A stretch of DNA of 64,000 nt, taken from assembly GCA_946965045.2 (NCBI GenBank), contig OX337235.1, positions 2,046,001 through 2,110,000 on the forward strand. The letters are read 5' to 3'. The notes under the pieces are model-generated. The model searched no databases and was not told the origin of the DNA. It saw nothing but the letters and a program-made list of their open reading frames with translations. Shown here one piece after another: positions 30,939 through 43,300 of this stretch; positions within the stretch are counted from its first letter, which is position 1; the number at the start of each line of letters is the position of its first letter. Source of the stretch: Epithemia pelagica. Lineage: Eukaryota; Protista; Bacillariophyta. The position numbers and the translations under genes were made by a program.

Positions 30939-32186
30939 GATTACAAGATGACTATTCTTCGTAGAGAGATTGGATTTATGGCCTACGTAGCAGCAAAAGA
31001 TGGCCTCATGATCTCAAGAAGACAAAAAGTGAGAAATATTGGTGTCGACAAAATTGTCGAACGAAAGACTCCGCCTCCGAATATAGCTCACTGACCACAC
31101 CATTAGTCTATGTCTTGAACGAAACGTCGGCAAGGAAGTGACACTCAAAATCCTACCCTGTCCTGTTTCCATTAGAACTCGTATAATATTCGAAGGAACC
31201 TTCTTGTTCGCACATCATGGTGATGCGATGGTATCATCAATCATTGCGTCGATGATTGTCCATGGTCGAGGTTACTTGTTGGACGGAACGCAAAAATGTG
31301 GTCAGTGGACTGGGGGAATGGGTTACGTAGCGCGCACGGCGAGCCAACGTCTGTGTATTTGTCGGAAGGTACATTTAGACGACGAGGAATCGTGAAATTC
31401 CTACCAAAAATTTCATTGGCACTTTGTCCACTATAACAGTTGGCAACGAGAAGGGTGTCATCGTCGATAGAACGGCTACAACGAACGTTTTGTGGGAGTC
31501 CCCCGCACGTACGATGAATCGGCCTCCTCACATTTTCTGGATGGGGGAGGAGGCATCCCAAAAAACGCGATTGAAGCCCGGGTAAATAGGTAGACGAGCA
31601 AACGAACCAAACGACAAAGTGACACAATGGTGATTCAAGGTCTCAAACTGTCCTCACTATCAGCTACGTTTTCTTTTGACTTGTTGCATAAACTGCTGTT
31701 GGAGTTAGCGTCGAACGCAATCTGCCGAACCTCTCAGGATCAAGCTAGGTGGACAAGCTTCCCATCCCATTGAAAACTGAGAGTAAACATCTTGTTGGGT
31801 TTCGATAGGTAGGTCGGCCTTGTGTCCTTGGTAGGTACAGGTAAGTCCTAAGGATAGAAGAGGGGAAAAAGACAAAATTATCTTTTAGGGTTAGGGGGAA
31901 GAAGCTTGCAGTCGCACATATATCATTGCGGGGGTTTGAAATTTGAAATCGATGAGTCAGACTGACGACGACTGCTAAAGATACGATCCTTTTTTCAAAT
32001 CCTTGCTTCTGATATCCAGAATCCAGATCCAGATCCAGGGTCAAGCATCAGGTTACGCCATCGATTGGACCGTTCGGTTTCAGCTGTCATCAATCATCAA
32101 CCCACGAAGAGAACCTTGAGATCCTTCGTGCCAGCCGAGCCGCAGTGGGAGTTGTTGTTTGTTGTCTTACTGTTGAAACGAAAACC

Positions 32187-33914
32187 ATGAAAGAGTGGAG
32201 TGCTTCCAACAGCAGCACTGTGGCAGTGTCGGCCGCCGTTGCTGGAGTGGTGGTCGCTGCAGTGACGAGTGCGTTGGTGACCTATACCTGGACAAAACGT
32301 CGGGAAGATTCCTTGCATCGCGAACATATTGTTCGAGAATATGAACGAGAGAAAATGCTAAAGGCCAAGGTTGCTGAGGCTCGTCAAAAAGTGCATGAAC
32401 CACCCGCTGGCATCCAGTTGGAAGATGTGTTGGTCCAAAAAATATTCTTGTGGAATATTGAAGATTTACGGAAACGATTTCCTTCTTCGCAGACAGAAAA
32501 TGTGATGCAATGCAAACCCAATCCGGCGCCAACCATTCGGTCACCGGCCCTGGTGCAACATCAAAATTCATCCGTTGGATCCTCCTCCAATCCGAAGGGG
32601 GACAAGGACGAGGATTCACAGTTGATCTCGCGAGCACAACCATACAACAAACTCATTACCAATCACGAATGTATATTGGCAGACATTGTTCGGAAACCCA
32701 ACATGCACACCCACACGGTGGCCTATGTCCGAGCGGGTGCTCGTCGACATTTGCATTTTGATCCCAAAACAGTCAACGCCGCCATTGTCACGTGTGGAGG
32801 TCTTTGTCCGGGTCTCAACAATGTCATTCGGGAAATCACCAAAGTGTTGCATCAAATGTACGCGATTGGAGGGACGGTCTACGGTATTCAAGGCGGCTAC
32901 CGTGGCTTTCATGGAGAAGATCCCCTGCTAGAACCCATTCCACTCACACCGGCCCTGGTCGACAATATCCATTATCAAGGAGGGACTGTGCTGGGGAGTT
33001 CACGAGGTGGATTTGATCTTGACAAGATCTTGAAATTTATTCATGAAAAGAAGATTAATCAACTGTATGTAATTGGTGGTGATGGAACACATCGTGGGGC
33101 CTTTGCCATTCACGAAGGATGTTTGGCCAATGGATGGAATGTCGCTGTGGCAGGAATCCCTAAAACCATTGACAATGATGTTGATTACATTGACCAGTCC
33201 TTTGGCTTCCAATCGGCAGTAGAAGCCGCACAGGTGGCCATTCGAAGTGCGAAAACGGAAGCTGTTTGCAATCTACCGAATGGAATTGGCATTGTCAAAC
33301 TCATGGGTCGCTCAGCAGGATACATTGCTGCACATGCGACCTTGGCCAGCTCCGATGTTGATCTCTGCCTTGTACCGGAAGTTCCCGTTGTGTTGGAAGG
33401 GCCCAAGGGTTGCTTACCTCATTTACGAAGACGCGTCAAACAGCAAGGCTTTGCCGTGGTTGTCGTGGCCGAAGGTGCTGGTGAAGAAGTTTTGGGATCC
33501 TCGGCGGAAACCGATGCATCGGGGAACAAAAAGTTGCCACCCATTGGAGAGTTTATGAAAAAAGCAGTCACTGAGTACTTTCACCGCTTTGGAGAAGTGG
33601 CGACAGTAAAATATATTGATCCGTCATACACTGTACGTTCCGTACCAGCCAATGCCGCCGATTCCCTGTATTGTATGCAGCTTGGCCAAAACGCCGTTCA
33701 TGGTGCCATGGCCGGCTTTACTGGATTTTCGGTCGGTCTCTGCAACAACCGCATGGTCTGGATACCAATTCCTCAACTTGTGGCAACCAGTCCCCGTTCC
33801 ATGAATCCCCGTGGTAGAACGTGGGAGCGAATCTTGGCGGTAACCCGACAACCGAATACTGTACCAGAAGTGAACGAAGAATCTAAGTCAACACCGGTGA
33901 TCAAGGCGGTCTAG
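32187..33914 (+). CDS. PFK: ATP-dependent 6-phosphofructokinase with N-terminal transmembrane anchor
   Basis: VTCGGLCPGLN, GGTVLGSSRG, IGGDGT, PKTIDND and MGRSAG. GGDG (not GGDD) indicates the ATP type. Confidence 0.93.
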   Translation: MKEWSASNSSTVAVSAAVAGVVVAAVTSALVTYTWTKRREDSLHREHIVREYEREKMLKAKVAEARQKVHEPPAGIQLEDVLVQKIFLWNIEDLRKRFPSSQTENVMQCKPNPAPTIRSPALVQHQNSSVGSSSNPKGDKDEDSQLISRAQPYNKLITNHECILADIVRKPNMHTHTVAYVRAGARRHLHFDPKTVNAAIVTCGGLCPGLNNVIREITKVLHQMYAIGGTVYGIQGGYRGFHGEDPLLEPIPLTPALVDNIHYQGGTVLGSSRGGFDLDKILKFIHEKKINQLYVIGGDGTHRGAFAIHEGCLANGWNVAVAGIPKTIDNDVDYIDQSFGFQSAVEAAQVAIRSAKTEAVCNLPNGIGIVKLMGRSAGYIAAHATLASSDVDLCLVPEVPVVLEGPKGCLPHLRRRVKQQGFAVVVVAEGAGEEVLGSSAETDASGNKKLPPIGEFMKKAVTEYFHRFGEVATVKYIDPSYTVRSVPANAADSLYCMQLGQNAVHGAMAGFTGFSVGLCNNRMVWIPIPQLVATSPRSMNPRGRTWERILAVTRQPNTVPEVNEESKSTPVIKAV

Positions 33915-34356
33915 TGAAAATAATCGTCCAGTGCAACCTTAAGCTCTGACTTTGTACAAGAACAGAGAGTATCTTATTTCATTGTTTCTCCGTTGCTATT
34001 TATTTACGGCTACAAGGATTGCGTTCATCTCTATTATACACCTGAAGTGATGGATGCCTTGCTTCGATAGTTTCTGTGGGGGCTACAGAAGGAGGGCTCC
34101 GATCTCCGATAGCTAGGGTCTACTATTCATAGTGTGCAGTGTGCAGCGGCCTGCCGTCTGTTGTCGAAGGGCTTGCGACTTGCGCGAGAAAATCTTGCGG
34201 AGCGAATCTTTCTTGTGCAGAGAAAAGCATTTCTCATTTTTGTCATATCGCTCTTCTAGGAAGTTCCCCGTTAACCTCTCACGCCGCGAAATCCTTGGAC
34301 AATGCCCACAACATACACACTCAAGACCAAGATACTTCATCCACCAAAAGCTAACG

Positions 34357-35394
34357 ATGAGAAGAAGCACAGAGGCACCCAACGAAGGAGCAACAACAGT
34401 TACTGGCGAACCTACTTCGACTCCAGGCCCGTATCCTGCTGCTTTTGAAGCCGAAGCAATGGCAAGAACCCCGTCCACCCCAGCAAGTCATTTAGTGTTG
34501 CCACACGTTGCAGAAACGGACAATGCGTATTCACATATTCCAGAACATGGATTTTCCTTGTTTCTGGCCAATCGAACCAAAACCATACATTTTATCCGTC
34601 ATGCTGAAGGACAGCACAATGAGGTCAATCGACAAGCAGGAAACGACAGTCCTGTAACCTATTCAACATCAGGGGCATGGGAGTACCAAGATGCGAAACT
34701 CACACCAACTGGAATTCAGCAGTGCTTGGACGCACGAAAAAGTGAAAAGTTTGCTCATGTCCACCCCGAATTAGTCATTGTCAGTCCTTTTACCAGAACC
34801 CTACAAACAGCACATATTCTTTTTGGTGGTCAGCGCATCCCCTTCATGGTCCATGATTTGTGTCGTGAACGATCAGGCAAGTACACCTGCGACAAACGAC
34901 GGACAACGACGGAGATTCTCAAGGATGTTTTACCAATGTACGAGCAAACCAACGATGCAACCATTGATGTTTCTTACGGGTATCCCACAGAAGAAGATTT
35001 GTATTGGTCAGAGGAGCGCGAATCGTCTGAAAGTGTCATTCAGCGATGCATTGATTTTATACAGTGGTTGGCCAGTCGACCAGAACGAGAAGTGGCAGTG
35101 GTAACGCACAGTAGTTGGTTGAAACACTTGTTTCGCCATGACTTTGGACCAACTGCTCCGGTAGTAGCCGAGAAGGACCAAGAAGAGCTTCATCGCTTAG
35201 CTGGGAATGCCGAAATTCGTAGTGTGTGTTTGGCATTGCATCGAGGCTTTTACCCACAAGGGACCTGGGATACTACGGATAGCGATACCTTTGTCCCCAA
35301 TGACCCCTCGTTCCGAAGGGGACGCTGGGCACCGACCAATAATCAAATCGCCTCGATGCACAAACGACTCCTTATGGATGATTCCAACATGTGA
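34357..35394 (+). CDS. Histidine phosphatase superfamily (phosphoglycerate mutase-like) protein
   Basis: FIRHAEGQHN, DAKLTPTG, SPFTRTLQTA, CDKR and VVTHSSWL. Confidence 0.88.
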   Translation: MRRSTEAPNEGATTVTGEPTSTPGPYPAAFEAEAMARTPSTPASHLVLPHVAETDNAYSHIPEHGFSLFLANRTKTIHFIRHAEGQHNEVNRQAGNDSPVTYSTSGAWEYQDAKLTPTGIQQCLDARKSEKFAHVHPELVIVSPFTRTLQTAHILFGGQRIPFMVHDLCRERSGKYTCDKRRTTTEILKDVLPMYEQTNDATIDVSYGYPTEEDLYWSEERESSESVIQRCIDFIQWLASRPEREVAVVTHSSWLKHLFRHDFGPTAPVVAEKDQEELHRLAGNAEIRSVCLALHRGFYPQGTWDTTDSDTFVPNDPSFRRGRWAPTNNQIASMHKRLLMDDSNM

Positions 35395-35884
35395 ACCATC
35401 AAAGTACCAAAATGACAAGCATGACGATTGGCAATGGAGATGATGAAGGAGAAAAGAAACGAGACGCGAAGGAGGAGATGACTCCAGGAGCAACTCAAGA
35501 ACTCAAACTTTTCAATTGTTATATTGTTTAAAATAGTTGTTCCATCCTCTACTAGAGGAGGACTACTACTGCTCTACGAGACTTGACGTTCTCATACGAG
35601 GGGTGCTAGCCGTGCACTGTGAGCACGTTTTGCTTCCGAATCGCGCTTTGATATGCATGAGCAGCCAAATCGCGCTTTTTCGCTTCGATAGTATGGCATC
35701 GACCGTCAGCACACGTTTTTTGCTTCCGACTTCCGACTTCCGACTCGCGTTCTGGTGAGAAGGAGCAGCAAAGATCGCGCTTTTTCCCGTCGAGATCTGA
35801 GCTCACACCACGAGTGTTTGACTCTTCACGAGCATTGGTCGTTATGTTTGTTGCTCTTATTTTTTCTATTGACTGATATATACT

Positions 35885-37375
35885 ATGGTGTCGACACGGT
35901 CTGCTGTGGCGGGGACAGCAATAGCGGCTGTCGTCCTTTCCATTATCTCTGTGCTGCAGGCTACCCAACAGAGCTTTGTCACGGGTGATGTTGTATTTCC
36001 TTCGTCTACACAGCAGTTGGATGAACTAATGTCATACGGGGAATTATTATTTTCGTCGTCGTCGTCATCATCATCATCATTCTCACAACCGCCACAACCA
36101 AAAGCCGGCATTGTTGCAGAACTACTGGATCCTGTCGCAGCCTTTCAAGAATGGAAACGTCACCATTCTGTACAAGCGATTCAGGACAATCCACACAATC
36201 GGTCGTACATTGTGGCTGGATATTCCTGTCCACGTCAAGTGGGCGTACAACTGAATGATTTTCTCAATGGCTTGTTGCAAGCCGTTGTGACGAATCGAAC
36301 CTTTTTGTATACCTACACCAACTTTGCCAATTGGTGGACGCAGGGTGTGAATACACCTGCCATTTGTGACCGTATATTGCATCGAGGTGAATGGATGCCG
36401 CAGTACGAAACGATTCGAGATGCCTGCCAGTTGGAACCCAAAGTTGCCTTTCGCAATCCATCCAATGCCTATAGTGCACACAACAAATCCGTCATGTTTG
36501 AACGTGTTGATAAAGGATTATCGCTCTTTGACACTACCCATCATCACCATCAAGTCCTCGAACCTCCGAGGATGTGGGGTACGGGGCCCACAGAGGTTTG
36601 GCCAGGTTTGATCATTTTAACCAACAAGTATGCATCGGCCTATGTTGGATCGGCCTATGGAATTGAAAATTTGGCCGAATCAGAGATTGTGAAACGACTG
36701 TACCGTGAAGGACCGTCATTTCTGTATGGTATGTTGCTATCGGAAAGCTTTCAATTTACCTCGGAACTTGTACAAACGGTACAGGGAGACATACGGATAG
36801 CACCTCCACCAGATGATGAAGTGAGTATTGCGGTACATTCCCGACGTATCAAGATTGGACAGGATGGATCCGATGTATCCGAGGAGGTGCAGTGTTTGGA
36901 TGATATTCTGGCCGTCGCAAGGTTCCGGCGTCGTGGATTGTTCCAGAAACTACTAGGAGCAGAGACGGCATCACTTCCCTGTTCGGTATACATCATGTCG
37001 GATCGTGAATTGACCATTAAAGAATTTGCCAAGGCTTCACAGGCACGGGGATGTCATGTGGTGACCGTGACAGATCGCGGTCCCGCCCAACAACGCGTCA
37101 ATGACACCTCCAAAACGGCCGAACATGGCCCATTTGCTGGAGTGGGATACTTTCAGGATTTGATTGTAGCATCCCAAGCTCGATCCGCAATCATTAGTCG
37201 AGGTCGTAGTTCTTCGGCCTTATTGGATGAAATGATTGAATACGGCCGTCGTACCGAAGCATGGGAACAAGGACACAAACGATTGCCCGATCCGATTATC
37301 CGATGCAGTATTGGAAGGAGAATTCCCGAAATACAGCGACGAGAAAAACAAAAAAGATCATCCGCAAAATTTTAG
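35885..37375 (+). CDS. Type II membrane glycosyltransferase-like protein (fucosyltransferase-like fold)
   Basis: N-terminal signal anchor, IAVHSRR, YIMSDR and QDLIVASQA...SSSALL. Intronless. Confidence 0.6.
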   Translation: MVSTRSAVAGTAIAAVVLSIISVLQATQQSFVTGDVVFPSSTQQLDELMSYGELLFSSSSSSSSSFSQPPQPKAGIVAELLDPVAAFQEWKRHHSVQAIQDNPHNRSYIVAGYSCPRQVGVQLNDFLNGLLQAVVTNRTFLYTYTNFANWWTQGVNTPAICDRILHRGEWMPQYETIRDACQLEPKVAFRNPSNAYSAHNKSVMFERVDKGLSLFDTTHHHHQVLEPPRMWGTGPTEVWPGLIILTNKYASAYVGSAYGIENLAESEIVKRLYREGPSFLYGMLLSESFQFTSELVQTVQGDIRIAPPPDDEVSIAVHSRRIKIGQDGSDVSEEVQCLDDILAVARFRRRGLFQKLLGAETASLPCSVYIMSDRELTIKEFAKASQARGCHVVTVTDRGPAQQRVNDTSKTAEHGPFAGVGYFQDLIVASQARSAIISRGRSSSALLDEMIEYGRRTEAWEQGHKRLPDPIIRCSIGRRIPEIQRREKQKRSSAKF

Positions 37376-37446
37376 TATGGCCATTCTTTATTCTTGCCAG
37401 TATTGTGGTGTTTGTTGTGGGCAAGAAACAACAACTCAATTGAGAC

Positions 37447-37866
37447 CTTGTTTCGCCGTGACTTTGGACCAACTGCTCCGGTAGTTACGGAGACCGGTAG
37501 TGGCGGAGAAGGACCAAGAAGAGCTTCATCGCTTAGCTGGGAATGCCGAGATTCGTAGTGTGTGTTGGGCATTGCATCGAGGCTTTTACCCACAAGGGAC
37601 CTGGGATACGACGGATAGCGATACTCTGTCCCCTATGACCCCTCGTTCCGAAGGGGACGCTGGGCACCGACCAATAATCAAATCGCCTCGATGCACAAAC
37701 GACTCCTTATGGATGATTCCAACATGTGAACCATCAAAGTAATGAGAAGAGAAACGAGACGCGCTGTTACTCGACGGAGGAGATGACTAGGAGTAAATCA
37801 TGAACCCAAACTTTTCAATTGCAAATTGTTTATGATAGTCAGCTGTTCAATCCTCTAGAGGGCGAC
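37447..37866 (+). pseudogene. Decayed duplicate of the 3' end and 3' UTR of the histidine phosphatase gene (35127-~35565)
   Basis: Near-identical to 35127 onward, but with a 15-bp insertion (duplicated ccggtagt), a 1-bp deletion near 37625 and UTR indels. Confidence 0.88.
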
Positions 37867-38408
37867 TTACGGTTCTAATGCTAGAGGCTTTGCTTGTGTG
37901 TCATAGGAGTAGATAGGAGTAGGAGTACGAAGATCTGAACCCACGCTCCAGTCCCGCCTATCGGTCGCGCAAACAGGCACGTGCGTGCGCGTGGCGACGC
38001 CGTGCCCAGAGGTGAAACTCCCTCACGCTCTGTAAGCGATTTCCAACTAAAGGCATGTATACTGAATTAGGGCGTAACAACGCTGGAGACTGTCTGGGCT
38101 GGCAGTGGCAGTGCCGTCGCGTTTCGCAGCGCCAGCCATGGAAAATGGCCTATCGATCTGCTTTTTGCCGTCACAAAATAATACTCCATTCAAATTTTGC
38201 GTGGTCTGTTGTTCATCTCGTGGGATACCAAAGACGACGAAACTGTGAAGTACTGTTGAGACTTGAGAGTCTGGATTTCGTAAGAGCACCTTTCGGAGAC
38301 GGTACACCACTTGTTAGATTAGCTTCCGACCATCAGCAGGAAGGCTCACATAATCAAAACAATTTCTTTCGCAGTCAACAGTTGAAATCTGACGACAAGT
38401 CTCATACT

Positions 38409-39692
38409 ATGGGTGGTCTGTCCTCACTGCTATCTTCTGTGCGCAGCCATGCTTTCCATGGCGGATTTAACAGGCGAAGAAGTAAAGCCAAAAATTCGCT
38501 TCAACAACCTGCTGCCTTACTGTTGGTTGGTTTCTTGTTTGGAAGTGTCTTTAGCCATATGTTTTGGTTGCCACTGGATAGAATTGCATCTTCATGTGGC
38601 ATTACTTCGGTGCACTCAATTGTTGTTGATGAAAAACACAAGTGGTTCGTCCCGGCCCATTCTGGATGGCATCCGATATTGGTACACTATGGCTCAAACG
38701 AAGGGCAACCAAACGAAAATGGCAAGATTACAAGTAACATTTCGGCGCAATGGTTCTCGCATTCACACCAGGATGAAATCGTCATGGACTTACTCTCATC
38801 ATCCTCCGATGGTGGCGGAACGAATGCTCCCTCCTTACGAGTTTCTTCGTCTTCAACCGACACTGACCGATACTTTGTGGACTTAGGCGTGAGTGCCAGC
38901 AAGGACTTCAGCAATACATTGGCATTGGAACACCGTGGATGGAATGGTACGTAATGTCCCCTTACGATCGGAATGATGCACGAATGAAATTTCAGCATCG
39001 GTCTGATGCTCTGATGGGTCCACCTATTTGCTCTTCAGGGCTTTGTATCGAACCAGATCCAGCACATTGGTATCAACTCAGTCATCGCAAGGTAAGCGAT
39101 TGCGTATGAACATGTTTTCCCCCCGGACTACCATCTTCTTGTCATATATGATGTCGAACTTTTCTTTCGTCTTTTTCTCTTTCCACTCACATGCCACAAC
39201 TCTGTGGGTCAATGTTCGTCAACCTCTTTGCTCATCTTAAAGTGTTCTGTTGTTGGGGCGATAGTGGGAGGTTCTGAGATTCGAAAGGTGGATACAAAGT
39301 TTGACTACGCGCACAACACGATGGGCACAGACAGCCCGCAAACTGGATCTAAGCTGAACTCCATGGAACAACGATATACAGCGCCCTTACGATCTGTTAT
39401 GAATCAGTTTCATGTGCCCAAAATCATTGATTACATGAGTCTTGATGCGGGAGGTAATGAGTTTGAGATTATGCAACACTTTCCGTTTGACCGAAAGATT
39501 ATTCGAATCTTGTCGGTTCGGCGACCCTCGGAAGAGCTGAAAAACTTGTTGGATATGAACGACTATGATTTCTTGAGAATATTATCCAGTTTGGGTGATA
39601 CGCTTTGGGTGCACAGTTCCACCGGAATTACTCGTGACCATCCCAGTTTTGTTAAATGGGACCCAATCATTACAAGCGAATATGAGGATTGA
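38409..39692 (+). CDS. FkbM-family (Methyltransf_21-like) type II membrane protein, 3 exons, degenerate motifs
   Basis: Exons 38409-38946, 39039-39091 and 39243-39692 give YFVDLG...SNTLALEHRGWNGLCIEP...CSVVGAIVG...IDYMSLD. Confidence 0.75.
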
Positions 39693-40346
39693 AATGGAAC
39701 GACGATGCGATAGAACAACCACCGGCGCAGCGCGTTGAATATTATTCCATAAAGATCTAGGAAACAGGTTGTAACAGTGAACACTTCTAGGCAGGTAGAT
39801 CTCCCATTGCCAACGTAAGCTGCAGTAGCAGAACTTACTGTTGTTGCAACCTGTCCAGACCGAAGTGATAAAATATTGTACCCTATGATATGTCCATAAA
39901 AGCCATGGCGGGGAGAAGGTTTTGTTGTTGGACAAGTATCATACCATGAGATTAGCGGGAAAACGCGTTGAGAAAATGAACATCGCATCAACGACACTAT
40001 GGGACAATTATACAGGCTCTTGGGTCTTGGGTGATCAAGGACCATTAAGAGGCTCTTGTAACTCGTAGCCATGAATGACTTTTAATGACAACTGACTATA
40101 CTGACTTGCCAAACTCTTGAGCAGATTATTATCTGTCTCTAAAGTTTGCTTGCGTCTTGCTTCAATGGTGACTGTTCAATCGTTCGTTTTTCGAAAAATG
40201 TGACGGCTTACAAGCATTTGTCAAATTCATGTGGGGCAATAATGAAGTGTCCGTTGGCTTCAATGAAAAGAACTGTCCCATTCATTTTCTTGCTCCTTAT
40301 GACCATAAAAGTCCGTTGGACATTATGTGTATGAAATACGAGTAGA

Positions 40347-43300
40347 ATGTACGCCCCATTCCCCCATCAGCCCCTCATCAAAGATCCTTTGTGGTCACTA
40401 GGTATTTCCATCACCGTCACTTCTCTTGGATCAAAACGAAAGACATTGACATTGCGAAAAAACGTTTGTTACCGCTCCATGACGACACGGCATGCGCAAA
40501 TAAGGACTCATGCCTACCAGAGCAAAAATGGTCAGCCACCCTACGAGTTTGAGACGAAGATGAAGAAAGACGCCCCTCCTTTTAAATCTAATTCGCTCAT
40601 TTCGCAGACCGATTCAATCCGTGCGGAGCAAAAGTCGCGATCTTTGTACACCAAAGGCGGTCCACAGATACCCTTTACATCTCGACCATCAAAGGCGTTG
40701 ATCCCTCAGACTCGGAGGGAATCAATGCTTTCGAGTACAGGAGGGCATTCGGTGTTGATGACGATGCGTGTTGCACCACCAGGTGACAATGAAGTGAATA
40801 CAAATCCTCACGGGGCAGAGTCCTTTCCGGATGAACCGGACTACGAGAAACAACAAGAACAACGACGTATCCTCCGACAGCGCCAACGGATACTGCGTTT
40901 GTTTATCATTGTGAGCGGTGCTCTGTCAGCCCTTCTTGCAATCGCGATCATCTATCTTTTCATCCGCTATCGTCTCTTACAGAAATCGGAATATACACTT
41001 TGCCGAGCATTTTCAACGGCAACTGAAACTGAAGGTGAGTGCATCTTTGATTCTTTTCCATTGCTTTGAGACGAGTTGATCTCTGACTTTTCTATTGACG
41101 TTCGAGTCAGGGTCTATCTTGGAATGTGACATTGATGGGGATTTCTACGTTGTTGAAATCGATGGCATTGGTCGGCAAGATGTGCGTGACGACCCCGAAT
41201 TTAACAGTGGCTCAACGTGGCTAAAAATTAAGGATGCAAGAATTGATCCGGAAATGTACACCGTTCATACCACGACCGCTCCTACTTATGGGTCAAAGCC
41301 TCTGCTAGAAGAGCGGGTCCCATCGAACAGAAAGCTTGATACTTTGGGTGGACGCAGCGTTTTGGTTGTTCGAGTCATCGCCGGTGGTGTTGCAACCACC
41401 TCAAATGCTCTACAACTAAGTGACAGCGTTTTTGGGAACAACGCGGATGGTGATGGTGCCGATCTGGTTAACCTCCGGAATAGGTATTTGGCTTGTTCAA
41501 AGGATCAACTCCAGTTTTTCCCCGTTGAGGATCGGAACGGGCAGTCTACCAATATCCGCAGCGGTGTTGTGACAATCACTCTTGACGTAGACCCCACCAC
41601 CATCGACCGGTTCGTGTTGCGAAGCAGGTATTTTATTATGCATGAGTAGTCATTGCCGTTATGCGTGGTGATATCACTGACAGTCTTATTCTTGGTTCTC
41701 AACAGGGTGACCAACGCGCTTAAAGCCGAATTCGGCGTTCCGAACGAACGACGTCTTGCCGACCACTTGATGTATTGCTTCCCACCGGGAACCGCAAACC
41801 TCTCGGTCGCCGAGGCTCATACCAACGGGTGGCTGTCTTGGTACAATAATGAACGATGCACCTACGTGACCGCACAAATGCATGAACTGTAAGTGACGTG
41901 TGGATTCTCGTGATAATCCTTGGGGTTCATCATCGTGGGATTTACCATTTCTTCGTACATGTTCTTAAACGACTTCTTACCTCCACAATTCACACATAAA
42001 GGGGACACAATATCGGTTTAGCTCATTCAACAGATGAAACCGCCAGTGGAAGTACTCAAGTAGAGTATGGAGATAAATCGGGAGCGGTACGTGGACTTGA
42101 AAAGACGTAGTATCTTGTTACAGACCAACATAATGATTCTCTCACGGAACATATTCATGTAGATGGGATTTACTCTGAGGGAATCTGATACAAAGACGGT
42201 AAGTTTGAACCGTGGGCAGGAAATCGTCATGCGCTCCGGTACAGTACTGACGTGACTTTTCAAATGGTGTAGTGTTTCAACGCTGCCCATTTTTGGCAGT
42301 TGGGCTGGTACAGAGGTAGTGATAGAGTGGAAATAACTTCCAACGATTTTCCCGTGGCTGTGACTTTGGATGGTTTCGTGAAACCCAGCGGCGAAGGGTC
42401 TCCCAAACTCGTAAGGATTGTACATCCGCTTGGGCCGAGCAACGACAAGAGAGATCAATCTATCTTGCTGAACTGGGCGGAGGAGTACAACCGTGACACA
42501 CAAGAGGGGGCAAATACGGTGACAGTGGTCCAAAAGGCAACCGAAAGTGACAAATCTGGTAAAAGTTTTTTGCTTGCAAAACTAGGAGATGGAATGAGTT
42601 TCTCAGTAAGTGATTTCGGTGACGACTGCTCTCTCGCTGGTTCTGTTTCGAATCTCGACTTGACCATTGGCCGTGCGACTATCGACTTTGCGACCACCGG
42701 CGACGGTTGTCCCATCCCTCCAACTCCTGCTCCAACGCCTGTTCCACCAACCGCTCCCCCTTCGCCAATTCCACAGACATCAGAGCCAACTCTCGCTCCC
42801 TCGGCACCCAGAACGACTCCATCTCCGATATATCCGCCTAGCGTTCCACCCACGCCTTCTCTTACGACAGATCAATGTCCGGTCGTTGGGACTGGTGTTC
42901 GAATCACTAGTTGCAGCTTCCGTCCAACAAGTGAGTACTCTAAATCCGAAAGCAACTTCTGCCCTTCTGGTTCCTATCTCTGTGCCAGAAGAAATGGAGA
43001 AACGATGTTTGCCGGAGGGTGGGAAGTCACGAAAAGCGATTCAGAAAAGGAAGATTTTTCAGCATGCCCATGTCTTGTTCCATTGTTGGTTCTCCCGACA
43101 ATGCACAAATTGAGGTTATGGTGAAGGAAATTGAGATGAAAACTGCGTATGAATTTGATGTTGTCGGTGGTGGATACGCTATTACGGCGGTGAGACTTGA
43201 AGCAGAAGATACCACCACGTTCTTCTCATGGTCTACTGGTGGGGTTCTTACCACTGGGACCCTGTACACACCCATCGACTCCACTGCTGGTCAGGTTGGC

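Noticed and set aside
31885-31896. ttagggttaggg telomere-like repeat
   Set aside because: Only two units, internal; chance occurrence or at most a telo-box-like promoter element.
32187-35394. PFK next to a PGM-like gene as a glycolytic gene cluster
   Set aside because: The second gene belongs to the broad histidine phosphatase superfamily without dPGM-specific features; adjacency alone is weak evidence.
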